NCBI GenBank assembly: GCA_944387285.1
Contig: CALXEH010000001.1
Location: 9,880-73,879 of the forward strand
Reading direction: 5' to 3'
Source: an uncultured Oscillospiraceae bacterium
GTDB taxonomy: Bacteria; Bacillota; Clostridia; Oscillospirales; Oscillospiraceae
DNA length: 64,000 nucleotides
The notes below the pieces were generated by a model that saw only the letters and a program-made list of their open reading frames with translations, ran no database searches and had not been told where the DNA came from. The translations under genes and the position numbers were made by a program. Positions 37,104 through 45,999 of this stretch are shown piece by piece. Numbering within the stretch: the first letter of the stretch is position 1; each line of letters opens with the position of its first letter.

Positions 37104-37307
37104 TCAATACATCGCCAGGTAGGCCTTGAGGTCGGCCAGGAACTGGTCGGGGTCCACCTCGTGGGCGTAGCAGGCCTGCTCCAGCGTCTCGCCGCTGGCA
37201 AGCGCGCAGCCCATGCAGTGCATGCCTATGCTCTGGAACGCCGGCATCGCCTGCGGGGCGTTCTCGAGTATCTCGGATATCATGGTTTCCTTGGTGAGCT
37301 CAAACAT
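37104..37307 (-). CDS. DUF1858-type small redox/hybrid-cluster-associated protein
   Basis: 67 aa. MISEILENAPQAMPAFQSIGMHCMGC matches the DUF1858 pattern as I recall it. Confidence 0.6.
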   Translation of the reverse strand: MFELTKETMISEILENAPQAMPAFQSIGMHCMGCALASGETLEQACYAHEVDPDQFLADLKAYLAMY

Positions 37308-37335
37308 TGCTGTTCCTCCGTTAGTCTCAGTATAA

Positions 37336-37374
37336 ACTAAAACGAATGGGACACATTCTCAGCGTCCCATTCGT
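37336..37374 (-). terminator. Terminator after the zinc-ribbon gene
   Basis: The minus strand reads ACGAATGGGA-13 nt-TCCCATTCGT followed by TTTTAGTTTAT. Confidence 0.7.
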
Positions 37375-37386
37375 CTTGCTGCCTTT

Positions 37387-37674
37387 TCAGGCGTTGCTCT
37401 GCTGCTCGCGGATCTTCGCGAAGCACTCGCTGCAATACACGGGACGGTCAGACTTGGGCTCGAAGGGAACCTTCGCCTCGCCGCCGCACATGGCGCAGAC
37501 AGCGGTGAAGAACTCGCGCGGGCCGCGGGCCGCGTTCTTGCGGGCGTCACGGCAGGGCTTGCAGCGCTGCGGCTCGTTCTGGAAGCCGCGCTCGGCGTAG
37601 AACTCCTGCTCACCGGCGGAGAACACGAACTCCTGGCCGCACTCTTTGCACACTAGGACTTTGTCTTCAAACAT
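37387..37674 (-). CDS. Double zinc-ribbon protein (four CxxC motifs)
   Basis: 95 aa with CKEC...CKPC and CAMC...CSEC. The FxFxAGEQEFYxxRGF pattern fits the probable zinc-ribbon family. Confidence 0.7.
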   Translation of the reverse strand: MFEDKVLVCKECGQEFVFSAGEQEFYAERGFQNEPQRCKPCRDARKNAARGPREFFTAVCAMCGGEAKVPFEPKSDRPVYCSECFAKIREQQSNA

Positions 37675-37723
37675 TTTGTACCCTCTCTTTTGATGATTCT
37701 TGCCTCTCGGCTAATATTTGCGT

Positions 37724-38347
37724 TCAGCTCCTGCTGATGTCGCCTGGGAATGGTTTTCTCGCCAGCTTGCGGCGGATGCGCTGCACGGCGTTGTCTACTG
37801 ACTTTTCGCTGCTCCCGAGCGCTTCGGCTATCTGCCGGTACGACTCGCCCTCGAGATACCGGAAAAGTACCTTCGTCTCAAAAACGGACAAACACCGCGA
37901 AAAGGTGGAATAGAACTCTCTTTCGCTCTCTCTGGCCAGGACCTGTTCCTCAGGCGCGCGCTTGAATATCTCCTGCTGTGCCGCAGGGCCGAGACGGGAC
38001 TCTTCTGAGAGGATGACGTATTCCAGTGACACTCCGTTATTGAGTGGTTCGTGCTTCTTGCGAGAGGCGCTCTTTACCGCCTCAAGCACGCGGTTGCGTA
38101 TGCAGATCTCTGCATATGTTCTGAATGAGGCGCCGCCGGCTTCGTCATAGCTCCTTATGGCGGAAAGCAGGCCCATCATGCCCTCCTGCGTCAGATCCTC
38201 GCTGTCGCCGCCCGCGAGAAAGCAGGGCCTTGCACACACGCGCACCAGCCTGGTATAGCGCTCTATCAGTTCTTCCTCCGCCTCGGTATCGCCCGAGACG
38301 GCCAGCCGTCTCAATTCAGAATCAGTATATTTAGTATAATCGATCAT
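37724..38347 (-). CDS. Sigma-70 family RNA polymerase sigma factor, SigH-like
   Basis: 207 aa. Region 2 (DLTQEGMMGLLSAIRSYDEAGGASFRTYAEICIRNRVLEAVKSASRKKHEPLN) parallels B. subtilis SigH as I recall it. Region 4 is SYRQIAEALGSSEKSVDNAVQRIRRKL. Confidence 0.8.
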   Translation of the reverse strand: MIDYTKYTDSELRRLAVSGDTEAEEELIERYTRLVRVCARPCFLAGGDSEDLTQEGMMGLLSAIRSYDEAGGASFRTYAEICIRNRVLEAVKSASRKKHEPLNNGVSLEYVILSEESRLGPAAQQEIFKRAPEEQVLARESEREFYSTFSRCLSVFETKVLFRYLEGESYRQIAEALGSSEKSVDNAVQRIRRKLARKPFPGDISRS

Positions 38348-38448
38348 ATCGCAACCTGATTACAGATTATATTACAAACTTCTGGAAAGTCAAGACAAAT
38401 TATTTATTTTCTATGCAATTCCCGATATTTTTTTCAGGAAAGCGGCCC

Positions 38449-39495
38449 TCACAGCTCCAGCTGCTCCTGCACCTGGCCGGGCAGCTCGAGGCCGAGGTGC
38501 GCGTAGGCGCGCCGGGTCACGCAGCGGCCGCGCGGAGTGCGCGTCAGGTAGCCCTGCTGCAGCAGGTAGGGCTCGTACACGTCCTCGAGCGTCACGGCCT
38601 CCTCGTTTATCGTCGCCGCCAGCGTATCCAGCCCCACGGGGCCGCCGCCGTAGTATTCGATGATGCTGCGCAGCATCCGCCTGTCCAGGGCGTCCAGGCC
38701 TTCCCTGTCCACCTCGAGCCTCAGCAGCGCGTCGTCGGCTACATCCTTAGTTATAACGCCGCCGGCGTTCACCTGTGCAAAGTCGCGCACGCGCCGCAGC
38801 ATCCGGTTGGCTATCCTGGGCGTGCCCCTCGACCTCGACGCTATCTCCCGAGCGCCCTCGGGCTCTATCTCTATATTGAGTATCCCGGCGCTGCGCGTGA
38901 CGATGGCCGTCAGCTCCTCCGTCGTATAGAGCTCCAGCCTCAGCGACACGCCGAACCTGTCGCGCAGGGGCGCGGTCAGCTGGCCGGAGCGCGTCGTGGC
39001 GCCGATGAGCGTGAAGCGCGGCAGCTCCAGCCGTATCGAGTTCGCCGAAGGGCCCTTGCCGATGATGATGTCGATGGCGTAGTCCTCCATCGCCGGGTAG
39101 AGTATCTCCTCCACCATGCGGTCGAGCCGGTGTATCTCGTCCACGAACAGGATGTCGTTTTCCTGCAGATTCGTCAGCAGGGCGGCGAGGTCGCCGGCCT
39201 TGCCTATGGACGGGCCGGAGGTTATGCGCATGTTCACGCCCATCTCGTTTGCGATGACCGCCGCCAGGGTGGTCTTGCCCAGGCCCGGAGGCCCGTGCAG
39301 CAGCACATGGTCGAGCGGCTCGCCGCGCAGCTTCGCCGCCTTTATGAACACCGCCAGGTTCTCCTTCACCTTGGACTGGCCGATATATTCGCCCAGCGTC
39401 CTGGGCCGGAGCGAGAACTCGCCCGCGTCCTCAGGCAGGATGGTGGACGAGGTTATGACCCGTTCCTCCGCCTCGGATGAAAAGCTGATGCTCAT
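38449..39495 (-). CDS. ruvB: Holliday junction branch-migration ATPase RuvB
   Basis: 348 aa with [13 protein letters not shown] and DEIHRL motifs. Confidence 0.95.
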   Translation of the reverse strand: MSISFSSEAEERVITSSTILPEDAGEFSLRPRTLGEYIGQSKVKENLAVFIKAAKLRGEPLDHVLLHGPPGLGKTTLAAVIANEMGVNMRITSGPSIGKAGDLAALLTNLQENDILFVDEIHRLDRMVEEILYPAMEDYAIDIIIGKGPSANSIRLELPRFTLIGATTRSGQLTAPLRDRFGVSLRLELYTTEELTAIVTRSAGILNIEIEPEGAREIASRSRGTPRIANRMLRRVRDFAQVNAGGVITKDVADDALLRLEVDREGLDALDRRMLRSIIEYYGGGPVGLDTLAATINEEAVTLEDVYEPYLLQQGYLTRTPRGRCVTRRAYAHLGLELPGQVQEQLEL

Positions 39496-39506
39496 TTGCG
39501 CTCACC

Positions 39507-40106
39507 TCACTTCATCATGTTCTTCAGCGCGGCCTTGATGAGCTCCTCCACCGTCATGGAGCCCGCGTCGAGGCCCTTGAGCGCGAGGTTTATCTCCGCC
39601 GGGCCGTAGCCGAGCACTGCCAGGGCCGCCGAGGCGTCCGCGAGCTTGCCGTCCCCGACGGCGGCGGGCGCGCCCGCTTTCACGGGCAGCGTCAGCTCCG
39701 CGCTCTCGCTGGCCAGCTTGTCCTTCAGCTCGAGTATGACCCGCTGCGCTATCTTCTTGCCTATGCCCGGCGCGACGGTCAGCGCCTTCTCGTCGCCGGT
39801 CATTATCGCCATGGCCAGCGCCTCCGGCGTGTGCGCAGAGAGTATCGACAGCGCCGCCTTCGGGCCCACGCCCGACACCGCGATGAGCAGGTCAAAGCAG
39901 CGCTTCTCGCTCTTGCTCGCAAAGCCGAAGAGCTCAAAGGCGTCGTCCCTGATGCTCTCGGATATGTACAGCTTCGCGCGCTCGCCCGGCCTGAGCCTCG
40001 ACTGCGTCGTGAGGCTGGTATTCACCAGGTAGCCCACGCCGCCGCAGTCCACGACCGCGGCGCCCTGTATGAGCTCCGCGACCTTGCCTTCTAAATGGTA
40101 GAACAT
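39507..40106 (-). CDS. ruvA: Holliday junction DNA helicase RuvA
   Basis: 199 aa with MFYHLEGKV, HhH GVGPKAAL and PGIGKKIAQR motifs. Confidence 0.92.
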   Translation of the reverse strand: MFYHLEGKVAELIQGAAVVDCGGVGYLVNTSLTTQSRLRPGERAKLYISESIRDDAFELFGFASKSEKRCFDLLIAVSGVGPKAALSILSAHTPEALAMAIMTGDEKALTVAPGIGKKIAQRVILELKDKLASESAELTLPVKAGAPAAVGDGKLADASAALAVLGYGPAEINLALKGLDAGSMTVEELIKAALKNMMK

Positions 40107-40606
40107 ACGCTGCCTCCCGTCCTGCCCGCCATGAGCGAGGTATAGCTCCTCGCGTGGCAGAGCGCTATCGCCACGGCGTCCGCCGCGTCATCCGGCTTCG
40201 GCGCGGCGGAGAGGTTCAGTATCCGCTTGACCATGTCGATGACCTGGCGCTTTTCCGCGCGGCCGTAGCCCACCACCGCCTGCTTAACCTGCAGGGGCGT
40301 GTACTCGTACACCGGCAGGCCGCGGCGGTAGCAGGCCAGCAGTATGACTCCCCTGCCCTGCGCCACGGATATGCCGGTCGTGATATTAGTGTTGAAAAAC
40401 AGTTCCTCTATCGCCGCCACGTCGGGCTTGAAGGTGCTTATGACCTCCTCCATGTCCGAGTAGATCCTGTCCAGCCGGCTCGAGAGGCTGGTGCCCGCAG
40501 GCGTCGTTATCACGCCGCAGCGCACGAAATCCTGCTTGCCCCGCTCCGAATCCACCACGCCGAAGCCGACGATGGCGACGCCGGGGTCGATACCAAGTAT
40601 ACGCAT
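40091..40606 (-). CDS. ruvC: Crossover junction endodeoxyribonuclease RuvC
   Basis: 171 aa from the ATG at 40606 (MRILGIDPG...), with catalytic D/E pattern EELFFN and DAADAVAIA. Confidence 0.9.
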   Translation of the reverse strand: MRILGIDPGVAIVGFGVVDSERGKQDFVRCGVITTPAGTSLSSRLDRIYSDMEEVISTFKPDVAAIEELFFNTNITTGISVAQGRGVILLACYRRGLPVYEYTPLQVKQAVVGYGRAEKRQVIDMVKRILNLSAAPKPDDAADAVAIALCHARSYTSLMAGRTGGSVCSTI

Positions 40607-40651
40607 ATGCCGCCTCGCTTTCAACAGCATATTGTAACACGGCCCGCCCCT

Positions 40652-41383
40652 TTATTCAAGAGCGCCCAGTATGCCGCCGAGCTCCTGCCAGGACTCGACC
40701 TTCAGGTGCCGGCAGCGCGGCGGATGCTTCGCGGGCGGCTTGTAGGTGCAGTCCACGGGGTACTTGAACCAGACCGGGTACAGCCCGGCGCGCGCCGCGC
40801 CCTCCACGTCGCACTCCACGTCATCGCCGATGAACCAGCAGTCGGCCGCGTCCAGGCCCGCCAGGCCCAGCGCGCGCCGGAATATCTGCTCCGAGGGCTT
40901 CCTGAACACGCACTCGCTCGAAGCCACGATGAACTCAAAGCTGTGGAAGGGCAGGCACTCGTTTATCCGCCGTATCAGCGTCCCGCCCGAGAACGACAGG
41001 TTGCTGATGACGCCCGTGCGTATGCCCAGCCGCGCGCACAGGCCCAGGAAGCCCTCTATGCCCTCCATCGGGTAGATGGGCTCCGTGGCGCACCAGCGGA
41101 CGTATTCCAGCTCCTGCATGGGCAGGTCGAACCGGAGCCCCAGCTGGTCGAAGATGCACTCGTCGAGCTTGAGCCCGTCCGTTTCCAGCTCAAGCGGGCG
41201 CAGGCGGCCGAACAGCTCGCGGTAGACGCCGCGGCTGTATTCGCACAGCTCCTCCGCCGTCAGGCCGCGCGGGTTCTCCACGGCATGCGCCAGCGCCGCG
41301 CGCCAGCCCTCCAGGTAGTCCTGCACCGGCTCGTAGCAGAGCGTGTGGCCGTAATCGAAAAGTATCATCGCCGGCTTGCGCAT
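40652..41383 (-). CDS. HAD-superfamily hydrolase
   Basis: 243 aa from the ATG at 41383 (RBS GGAGG). Motif I is ILFDYGHTL; the C-terminal motif is WFIGDDVECDVEGA. Confidence 0.75.
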   Translation of the reverse strand: MRKPAMILFDYGHTLCYEPVQDYLEGWRAALAHAVENPRGLTAEELCEYSRGVYRELFGRLRPLELETDGLKLDECIFDQLGLRFDLPMQELEYVRWCATEPIYPMEGIEGFLGLCARLGIRTGVISNLSFSGGTLIRRINECLPFHSFEFIVASSECVFRKPSEQIFRRALGLAGLDAADCWFIGDDVECDVEGAARAGLYPVWFKYPVDCTYKPPAKHPPRCRHLKVESWQELGGILGALE

Positions 41384-41436
41384 CCTCCCGCCTCCTTTGC
41401 CTGCTATTTTAACATGTCCCGGCCCTTTAGGCAATG

Positions 41437-41464
41437 CAAAACCGGCGGCTTTGCGCGCCGCCGG
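41437..41464 (-). terminator. Terminator after xerD
   Basis: The minus strand reads CCGGCGGC-GCGCAAA-GCCGCCGG followed by TTTTG. Confidence 0.65.
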
Positions 41465-41485
41465 TCCTACCCCCTCACTATGCCG

Positions 41486-42382
41486 TCAGGCCCTCGGATG
41501 GGCCTTGTTGTATACGTCCTTGAGCTGCTTTTTGACGAGGTGCGAATACATCTGCGTCGAGGATATGTCGGCATGGCCGAGCATTTCCTGTATCGACTTC
41601 AGATCCGCGCCGTTTTCCAGCAGGTGCGCCGCAAAACTGTGCCTGAGCGTGTGCGGCGTGATGGTTTTTTCAATGTGGGCCTTCTGCTGATAGGTCTTGA
41701 TGATCTTCCAGAAGCCCTGGCGGCTCATGCGCTCGCCGCTCAGGTTCACGAAGAGCGAGGGCTCGTCCGGCGAGGCGATCATCTGCGGCCGGATGAATTC
41801 CACATACTCCTGCAGGGCCTTCACCGCCTTGGGATAGAGCGGGATTATGCGCTCCTTCTCGCGGCCGCGGCAGCGGATGAAGCCGCCGGCAAGGTTGACG
41901 TCGATGATGTCCAGCGAGATGAGCTCGCTCACGCGGATGCCCGTGGCGTACAGCAGCTCCAGCATCGCGCGGTCGCGATAGCCCTTCATGTCCGAGCACT
42001 CGGGCTGCTCCAGCAGCAGCTCGACCTCCTTGCTCGTGAGTATCTGCGGCAGCTTCTGCACGGATTTCTCCGGCACCAGACCCAGGGCCGGGTTGTGCTC
42101 CACAACGCCCTTGTCCACCAGCAGCGCATAGAAGCACTTGAGCGAGGCGATGCAGCGCGACACCGTCGCCGGCGACTTGCCGGCGTGCCGCAGCCAGTCT
42201 ATATAACCCGCCAGCTCGCCGTCCTCCGCCTCGGCCAGCTCGGGCAGGCCGTGCGAGACCAAATACTCCTCAAACTGCCGGATGTCGCGCATGTACGAAG
42301 CCAGAGTGTTGGCAGAAGCCTTCTTCACGTCCGTCAGATAGTTATTGAATTCTTCAAGACAAGCGGAAGACTCCAACGCCAA
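41486..42382 (-). CDS. xerD: Site-specific tyrosine recombinase XerD
   Basis: 298 aa with HTLRHSFAAHLLENGADLKSIQEMLGHADISSTQMYSH (R-H-R-Y catalytic set). It sits in a housekeeping context next to spoIIM. Confidence 0.88.
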   Translation of the reverse strand: MALESSACLEEFNNYLTDVKKASANTLASYMRDIRQFEEYLVSHGLPELAEAEDGELAGYIDWLRHAGKSPATVSRCIASLKCFYALLVDKGVVEHNPALGLVPEKSVQKLPQILTSKEVELLLEQPECSDMKGYRDRAMLELLYATGIRVSELISLDIIDVNLAGGFIRCRGREKERIIPLYPKAVKALQEYVEFIRPQMIASPDEPSLFVNLSGERMSRQGFWKIIKTYQQKAHIEKTITPHTLRHSFAAHLLENGADLKSIQEMLGHADISSTQMYSHLVKKQLKDVYNKAHPRA

Positions 42383-42399
42383 ACTCCCCTTTCCCCGTT

Positions 42400-42993
42400 C
42401 TAAATGAGCAGCCGAACCAGCTGCGGAACCAAAAAACGCTCCACAGCCGCGGCCAGTATGAGCATGAGCCCCACGGCCGCCAGCCTGTTCTCCCCACGAG
42501 AACGCCCGGCCGGCACAGGCCGCCGCAGATATGAGGCCGTCAGCCTCGAGGAAAAACCCATCCCCTCGAAGGCCAGGATGAACAGCCCCGGCAGCGTCAA
42601 CGCCGAGGGCAGGCCCAGTACGACTATCGTAAGCACCGCGCCCTTGTCGGGATAGGCCGAGGCTATGCAGGCCGCCGTACAGGCCAGCACAAAGCCCCGA
42701 AACGCCACCGCCGCCGGTATCAGCAGCAGCCCGAAGAGCGAGGTGGAAAAAAGCAAAACCATCAAATGGTATTTAGCACAGGAAAAGAGCAGCCCCAAAA
42801 AGCTCTCCGTACCGTAGACGGCGCCGCCGCCCGAGAGGACGTCCTCCGCGCCGCCGGGCACCGAAGCGCCCAGGACCGTGCCCGCCGCCGCGCCGGCTAT
42901 GAACAGCACGCACAGCAGAAACAGGCTCAGCAGCTCGCCGCTGCGGCGCATGAACGCCGCGGCATCTCTCCGTATCGCCCGGTACGCCGGCAT
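42400..42993 (-). CDS. spoIIM: Stage II sporulation protein M-like membrane protein
   Basis: Polytopic protein. I preferred the start at 42993 (MPAYRAIRRD...) because the longer ORF (to 43098) runs into AT-rich, non-coding-looking DNA. Family assignment rests on topology, length and xerD neighbourhood. Confidence 0.55.
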   Translation of the reverse strand: MPAYRAIRRDAAAFMRRSGELLSLFLLCVLFIAGAAAGTVLGASVPGGAEDVLSGGGAVYGTESFLGLLFSCAKYHLMVLLFSTSLFGLLLIPAAVAFRGFVLACTAACIASAYPDKGAVLTIVVLGLPSALTLPGLFILAFEGMGFSSRLTASYLRRPVPAGRSRGENRLAAVGLMLILAAAVERFLVPQLVRLLI

Positions 42994-43294
42994 CACCCCG
43001 CCAGCCCCGGCCGCTTTTGGCGGATACTGCTGCAATTTACATAATCCAAGTACGCACAATATAATACAAATTCCATCCGTAATCAAGTCCTTTGTCAAAA
43101 TAAGCGCATTTTTGTGAATTATGCCTAAGTATTATGTTAACTGTATTATGTCAACCGAGAATACCACCCTCCCCTTGTATGCCTGAATTTCGCCCGATAT
43201 TCACAGCATTTAGTGAGCATTACGGCCTTTGGCAACAACATCTTGGTAATCAAAACTCAATTATGTCTACCGCGTCAATATATTACTCTCTGTA

Positions 43295-43726
43295 TTATCG
43301 GTGGATAAGGCGATTTTTTCGGCGTTTTGCCTTAGCGCGGCCGAGGCGGAGCGAGCCGCCGAAGAGGCCGCCTGCCGCGGCGGCTATGGCGAACCTGAGG
43401 CAGGCCGCCGTGACGGGCCCCTCGCCCGGGGCCATGAGCGCGGCGATAACGACGGCGGCGGCGAGGCTCAGGCCGCAAACCGCGCCCGCCTCCAGCTGCT
43501 TCTCGCCTCTGCGGCCGGCCGCCGCGGCGCCGCCTGACGCCGTGCCGAAAAACAGACACGCCGTTGTCAGCAGCTCCATCGTGCTGGCAGGAAATACCTC
43601 GCGCTCCAAAAGCAGCGCGCAGCCCAGGCCGAGGGCGCAGAAGCCTGCAGCGCCCCACAGCGGGCCGAAGAGGTACCATTTGAGCCGCTGCCTCTTCCCT
43701 TTCCTTTCGAGCTTTGCAGACGTCAT
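43295..43726 (-). CDS. Hypothetical membrane protein (possibly TIGR04086-like)
   Basis: 143 aa from the ATG at 43726 (RBS GGAGG, 7-nt spacer). It has four Gly/Ala-rich hydrophobic segments. Family assignment is tentative. Confidence 0.5.
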   Translation of the reverse strand: MTSAKLERKGKRQRLKWYLFGPLWGAAGFCALGLGCALLLEREVFPASTMELLTTACLFFGTASGGAAAAGRRGEKQLEAGAVCGLSLAAAVVIAALMAPGEGPVTAACLRFAIAAAAGGLFGGSLRLGRAKAKRRKNRLIHR

Positions 43727-43743
43727 ATGCTGGCCTCCAAACA

Positions 43744-43791
43744 TAAAAATTCCCCGGAGCGGGATGCTTTGTACATCCTATTGCTCCGGGG
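43744..43791 (-). terminator. Terminator after yajC
   Basis: The minus strand reads CCCCGGAGC-22 nt-GCTCCGGGG followed by AATTTTTAT. Confidence 0.55.
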
Positions 43792-43810
43792 AAAATTTAA
43801 TGACAGGCTT

Positions 43811-44227
43811 TTACTCGCCCTTGCCCTCGTCTATGCTGTTCTCCTCGCCAGCGGTCTTGGCGGCGTTTTTCTTGCCCTTGGCCTTGGCGGCGGCAGCCTG
43901 CTGGGCGGCCTTCTGCTTTTCCTCACGCACGTTGGTCGAGATAGCCCACTTGGTGACCTGCATACGGACGCGGTCCTCGCCGGTCTCGAAGGTGATGGTA
44001 TCCTCGGTGACCTGCACTACCTTGCCCATTATGCCGCCGATGGTGACGATCTCGTCGCCCGCGGTGATGTTGTTGCGCATCTCGGTGAGCTTTTTCTTCC
44101 GCTTGTTCTCGGGGCGGATGAGGAAGAAATAGAACACGACGAAGATGATGACGAGGAACAGGATCGACGACATTCCGCCGAGCCCGCTGGTCGCGGCTGC
44201 GTCTGCTGTCAGAAAATTAAAAAACAT
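43811..44227 (-). CDS. yajC: Preprotein translocase subunit YajC with Lys/Ala-rich C-terminal extension
   Basis: 138 aa with the core ILFLVIIFVVFYFFLIRPENKRKKK...GDEIVTIGGIMGKV. It lies downstream of tgt, the conserved order. Confidence 0.85.
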   Translation of the reverse strand: MFFNFLTADAAATSGLGGMSSILFLVIIFVVFYFFLIRPENKRKKKLTEMRNNITAGDEIVTIGGIMGKVVQVTEDTITFETGEDRVRMQVTKWAISTNVREEKQKAAQQAAAAKAKGKKNAAKTAGEENSIDEGKGE

Positions 44228-44302
44228 TTCGATTGACCCTCCAACCTAGGAAAATATACAGCGTGTCAATTATAACCTCATCTTCAGCCAAATGCAAGCA
44301 AT

Positions 44303-45433
44303 TTATATCCGCTTATCCAAAATATTCGCATATCTCTCCCGGAAGGCGGCAAAGCTGCCCTCGTCCAGGGCCTGCCGGATACGGCGCATGAGCTCGTTAT
44401 AGAACCACAGGTTATGCGTCACGGCAAAGCGCATGGCGAGCATCTCCTCGGCCTTGAACAGGTGGCGCACATAGGCCCTGGAGTACCTTCTGCACACGGG
44501 GCAGTCGCAGCCCGGCGCGATGGGGCCTTCGTCGCGCTCGTACTTGGCGTTTTTGATGTTGATGATGCCTTCCCAGGTGAAGAGGTGGCCGTGCCGGCCG
44601 TTGCGCGCGGGCATGACGCAGTCGAAGAAGTCCACGCCGCGCCAGACGCTCTCTATTATATTGCCCGGCGTGCCCACGCCCATGAGGTAGCGGGGCCTGT
44701 CCTTGGGCATGTGCTCCTCCACGGCCTCTATGGTGTCGTACATCTCCTGGGCGGTCTCGCCCACCGCCAGGCCGCCGATGGCGTAGCCGGGCAGGTCGAG
44801 CTCGGCGATGCGCTTCATGTGCTCTATGCGGATATCGTGGAACACCGCGCCCTGGTTGATGCCGAAGAGCACCTGGCCGGGGTTCACGGCGTCCGGCTCC
44901 GAGTTGTACTCGGCCAGCGCCCGCTTGCAGCGCTCGAGCCAGCGGACGGTGCGGTCGCAGCTCTGCCTGACGTACTCGTAGGGCGAGGGTATCTTGATGC
45001 ACTCGTCGAAGGCCATGGCGATGTCCGAGCCGAGGTTGGACTGTATCCTCATGCTCTCCTCCGGGCCCATGAAGATGTGCCGGCCGTCCACATGGCAGTT
45101 GAACCTCACGCCGTCCTCGCCTATCTTCCGCAGCTGGGCGAGGGAAAATATCTGGAACCCGCCGCTGTCCGTGAGTATCGGCCCTTCCCAGGTCATGAAC
45201 CTGTGCAGCCCGCCCAGGGACTTGATGAGCCCGTCGCCCGGGCGCACATGCAGGTGATAGGTATTCGACAGCTCCACCTGGCAGCCGATGTCCGCAAGGT
45301 CGCGCGCCGAGAGCGCGCCCTTTATCGCGCCCTGCGTGCCGACGTTCATGAACACCGGCGTCTGCACCGTGCCGTGCGGGCAGCTGAACTCGCCCCTTCT
45401 CGCGCGGCCCTCGGTCTTTATCAGTCTGAACAT
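44303..45433 (-). CDS. tgt: Queuine tRNA-ribosyltransferase
   Basis: 376 aa from the ATG at 45433 (MFRLIKTEGRARRGEF). Motifs: TDSGGFQ, GLAVGE, Zn site CDCPVC...H. Confidence 0.93.
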   Translation of the reverse strand: MFRLIKTEGRARRGEFSCPHGTVQTPVFMNVGTQGAIKGALSARDLADIGCQVELSNTYHLHVRPGDGLIKSLGGLHRFMTWEGPILTDSGGFQIFSLAQLRKIGEDGVRFNCHVDGRHIFMGPEESMRIQSNLGSDIAMAFDECIKIPSPYEYVRQSCDRTVRWLERCKRALAEYNSEPDAVNPGQVLFGINQGAVFHDIRIEHMKRIAELDLPGYAIGGLAVGETAQEMYDTIEAVEEHMPKDRPRYLMGVGTPGNIIESVWRGVDFFDCVMPARNGRHGHLFTWEGIINIKNAKYERDEGPIAPGCDCPVCRRYSRAYVRHLFKAEEMLAMRFAVTHNLWFYNELMRRIRQALDEGSFAAFRERYANILDKRI

Positions 45434-45579
45434 AAAAAGCCTCCCGCTCCTGCGATAGCTCCCTATCTTATCGCCCCGGCCGGGAATTGTCAACCGCGAT
45501 TTGTGCTTGCGAAATTCGCCGGCCCTGTGTTAATATTAATGAGAAATAAATATGATTCATAAAATGAGGTGCCTTTGAT

Positions 45580-45954
45580 TTGAAAATACAGGAATCAGCC
45601 GAGAATTACCTCGAGGCCATACTGGTGCTGCAAAAGCGGAAAGGCCTTGTGCGCTCCATAGACATAGCCAACGAGCTGTCGTTTTCCAAACCGAGCGTCA
45701 GCGTGGCGATGAAAAACCTGCGCATGAACGGCTACATCGAGGTGGACGCGGACGGCTACATCTCGCTGCTGGACAAGGGCCTGGAGATAGCGGAGAAGAT
45801 ATACGAGCGGCACACGCTGATATCCAGCTGGCTGATACGCATGGGCGTCAGCCCGGAGACGGCCTCGGAGGACGCCTGCCGCATCGAGCACGTCATCAGC
45901 GCAGAGACCTTTGAGAAGCTGAAGGAGCATGTCGCCGCCGGCGGGGAAGAATAA
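45580..45954 (+). CDS. DtxR/MntR-family metal-dependent transcriptional regulator
   Basis: 124 aa from a TTG start preceded by GAGGTG. Matching blocks: ENYLEAILVL, SIDIANELSFSKPSVSVAMKNL, and the metal-site region ERHTLISSWL...EDACRIEH. Confidence 0.8.
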   Translation: MKIQESAENYLEAILVLQKRKGLVRSIDIANELSFSKPSVSVAMKNLRMNGYIEVDADGYISLLDKGLEIAEKIYERHTLISSWLIRMGVSPETASEDACRIEHVISAETFEKLKEHVAAGGEE

Positions 45955-45963
45955 GCAATAAGC

Positions 45964-45993
45964 AAAAGAGAGGGGCGCTGTCCCCTCTCTTTT
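45964..45993. terminator. Bidirectional terminator between the dtxR-like gene and rqcH
   Basis: AAAA-GAGAGGGG-CGCTGT-CCCCTCTC-TTTT. Confidence 0.75.
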
Positions 45994-45999
45994 CATGTG

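Noticed and set aside
35561-37129. 522-aa plus-strand ORF and other Pro/Arg/Ala-rich ORFs over nif3/trmK
   Set aside because: They lie antisense to Nif3 and TrmK, and the C-terminal half is Pro/Arg/Ala/Ser low complexity.
41486-42382. Tyrosine recombinase as a marker of an integrated mobile element
   Set aside because: It has XerD-type length and motifs. It sits among ruvCAB, spoIIM, yajC and tgt with uniform GC, and has no att-like repeats or phage/ICE genes nearby.
40154-42403. 749-aa plus-strand ORF
   Set aside because: It lies antisense to ruvC, the HAD hydrolase and xerD, all of which carry clear family motifs on the minus strand.
45530-45539. TTAATATTAA palindrome upstream of the dtxR-like gene as a metalloregulator operator
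   Set aside because: It is short and AT-rich and overlaps what is more simply read as a -10-like TATTAAT element. Evidence for an operator is insufficient.
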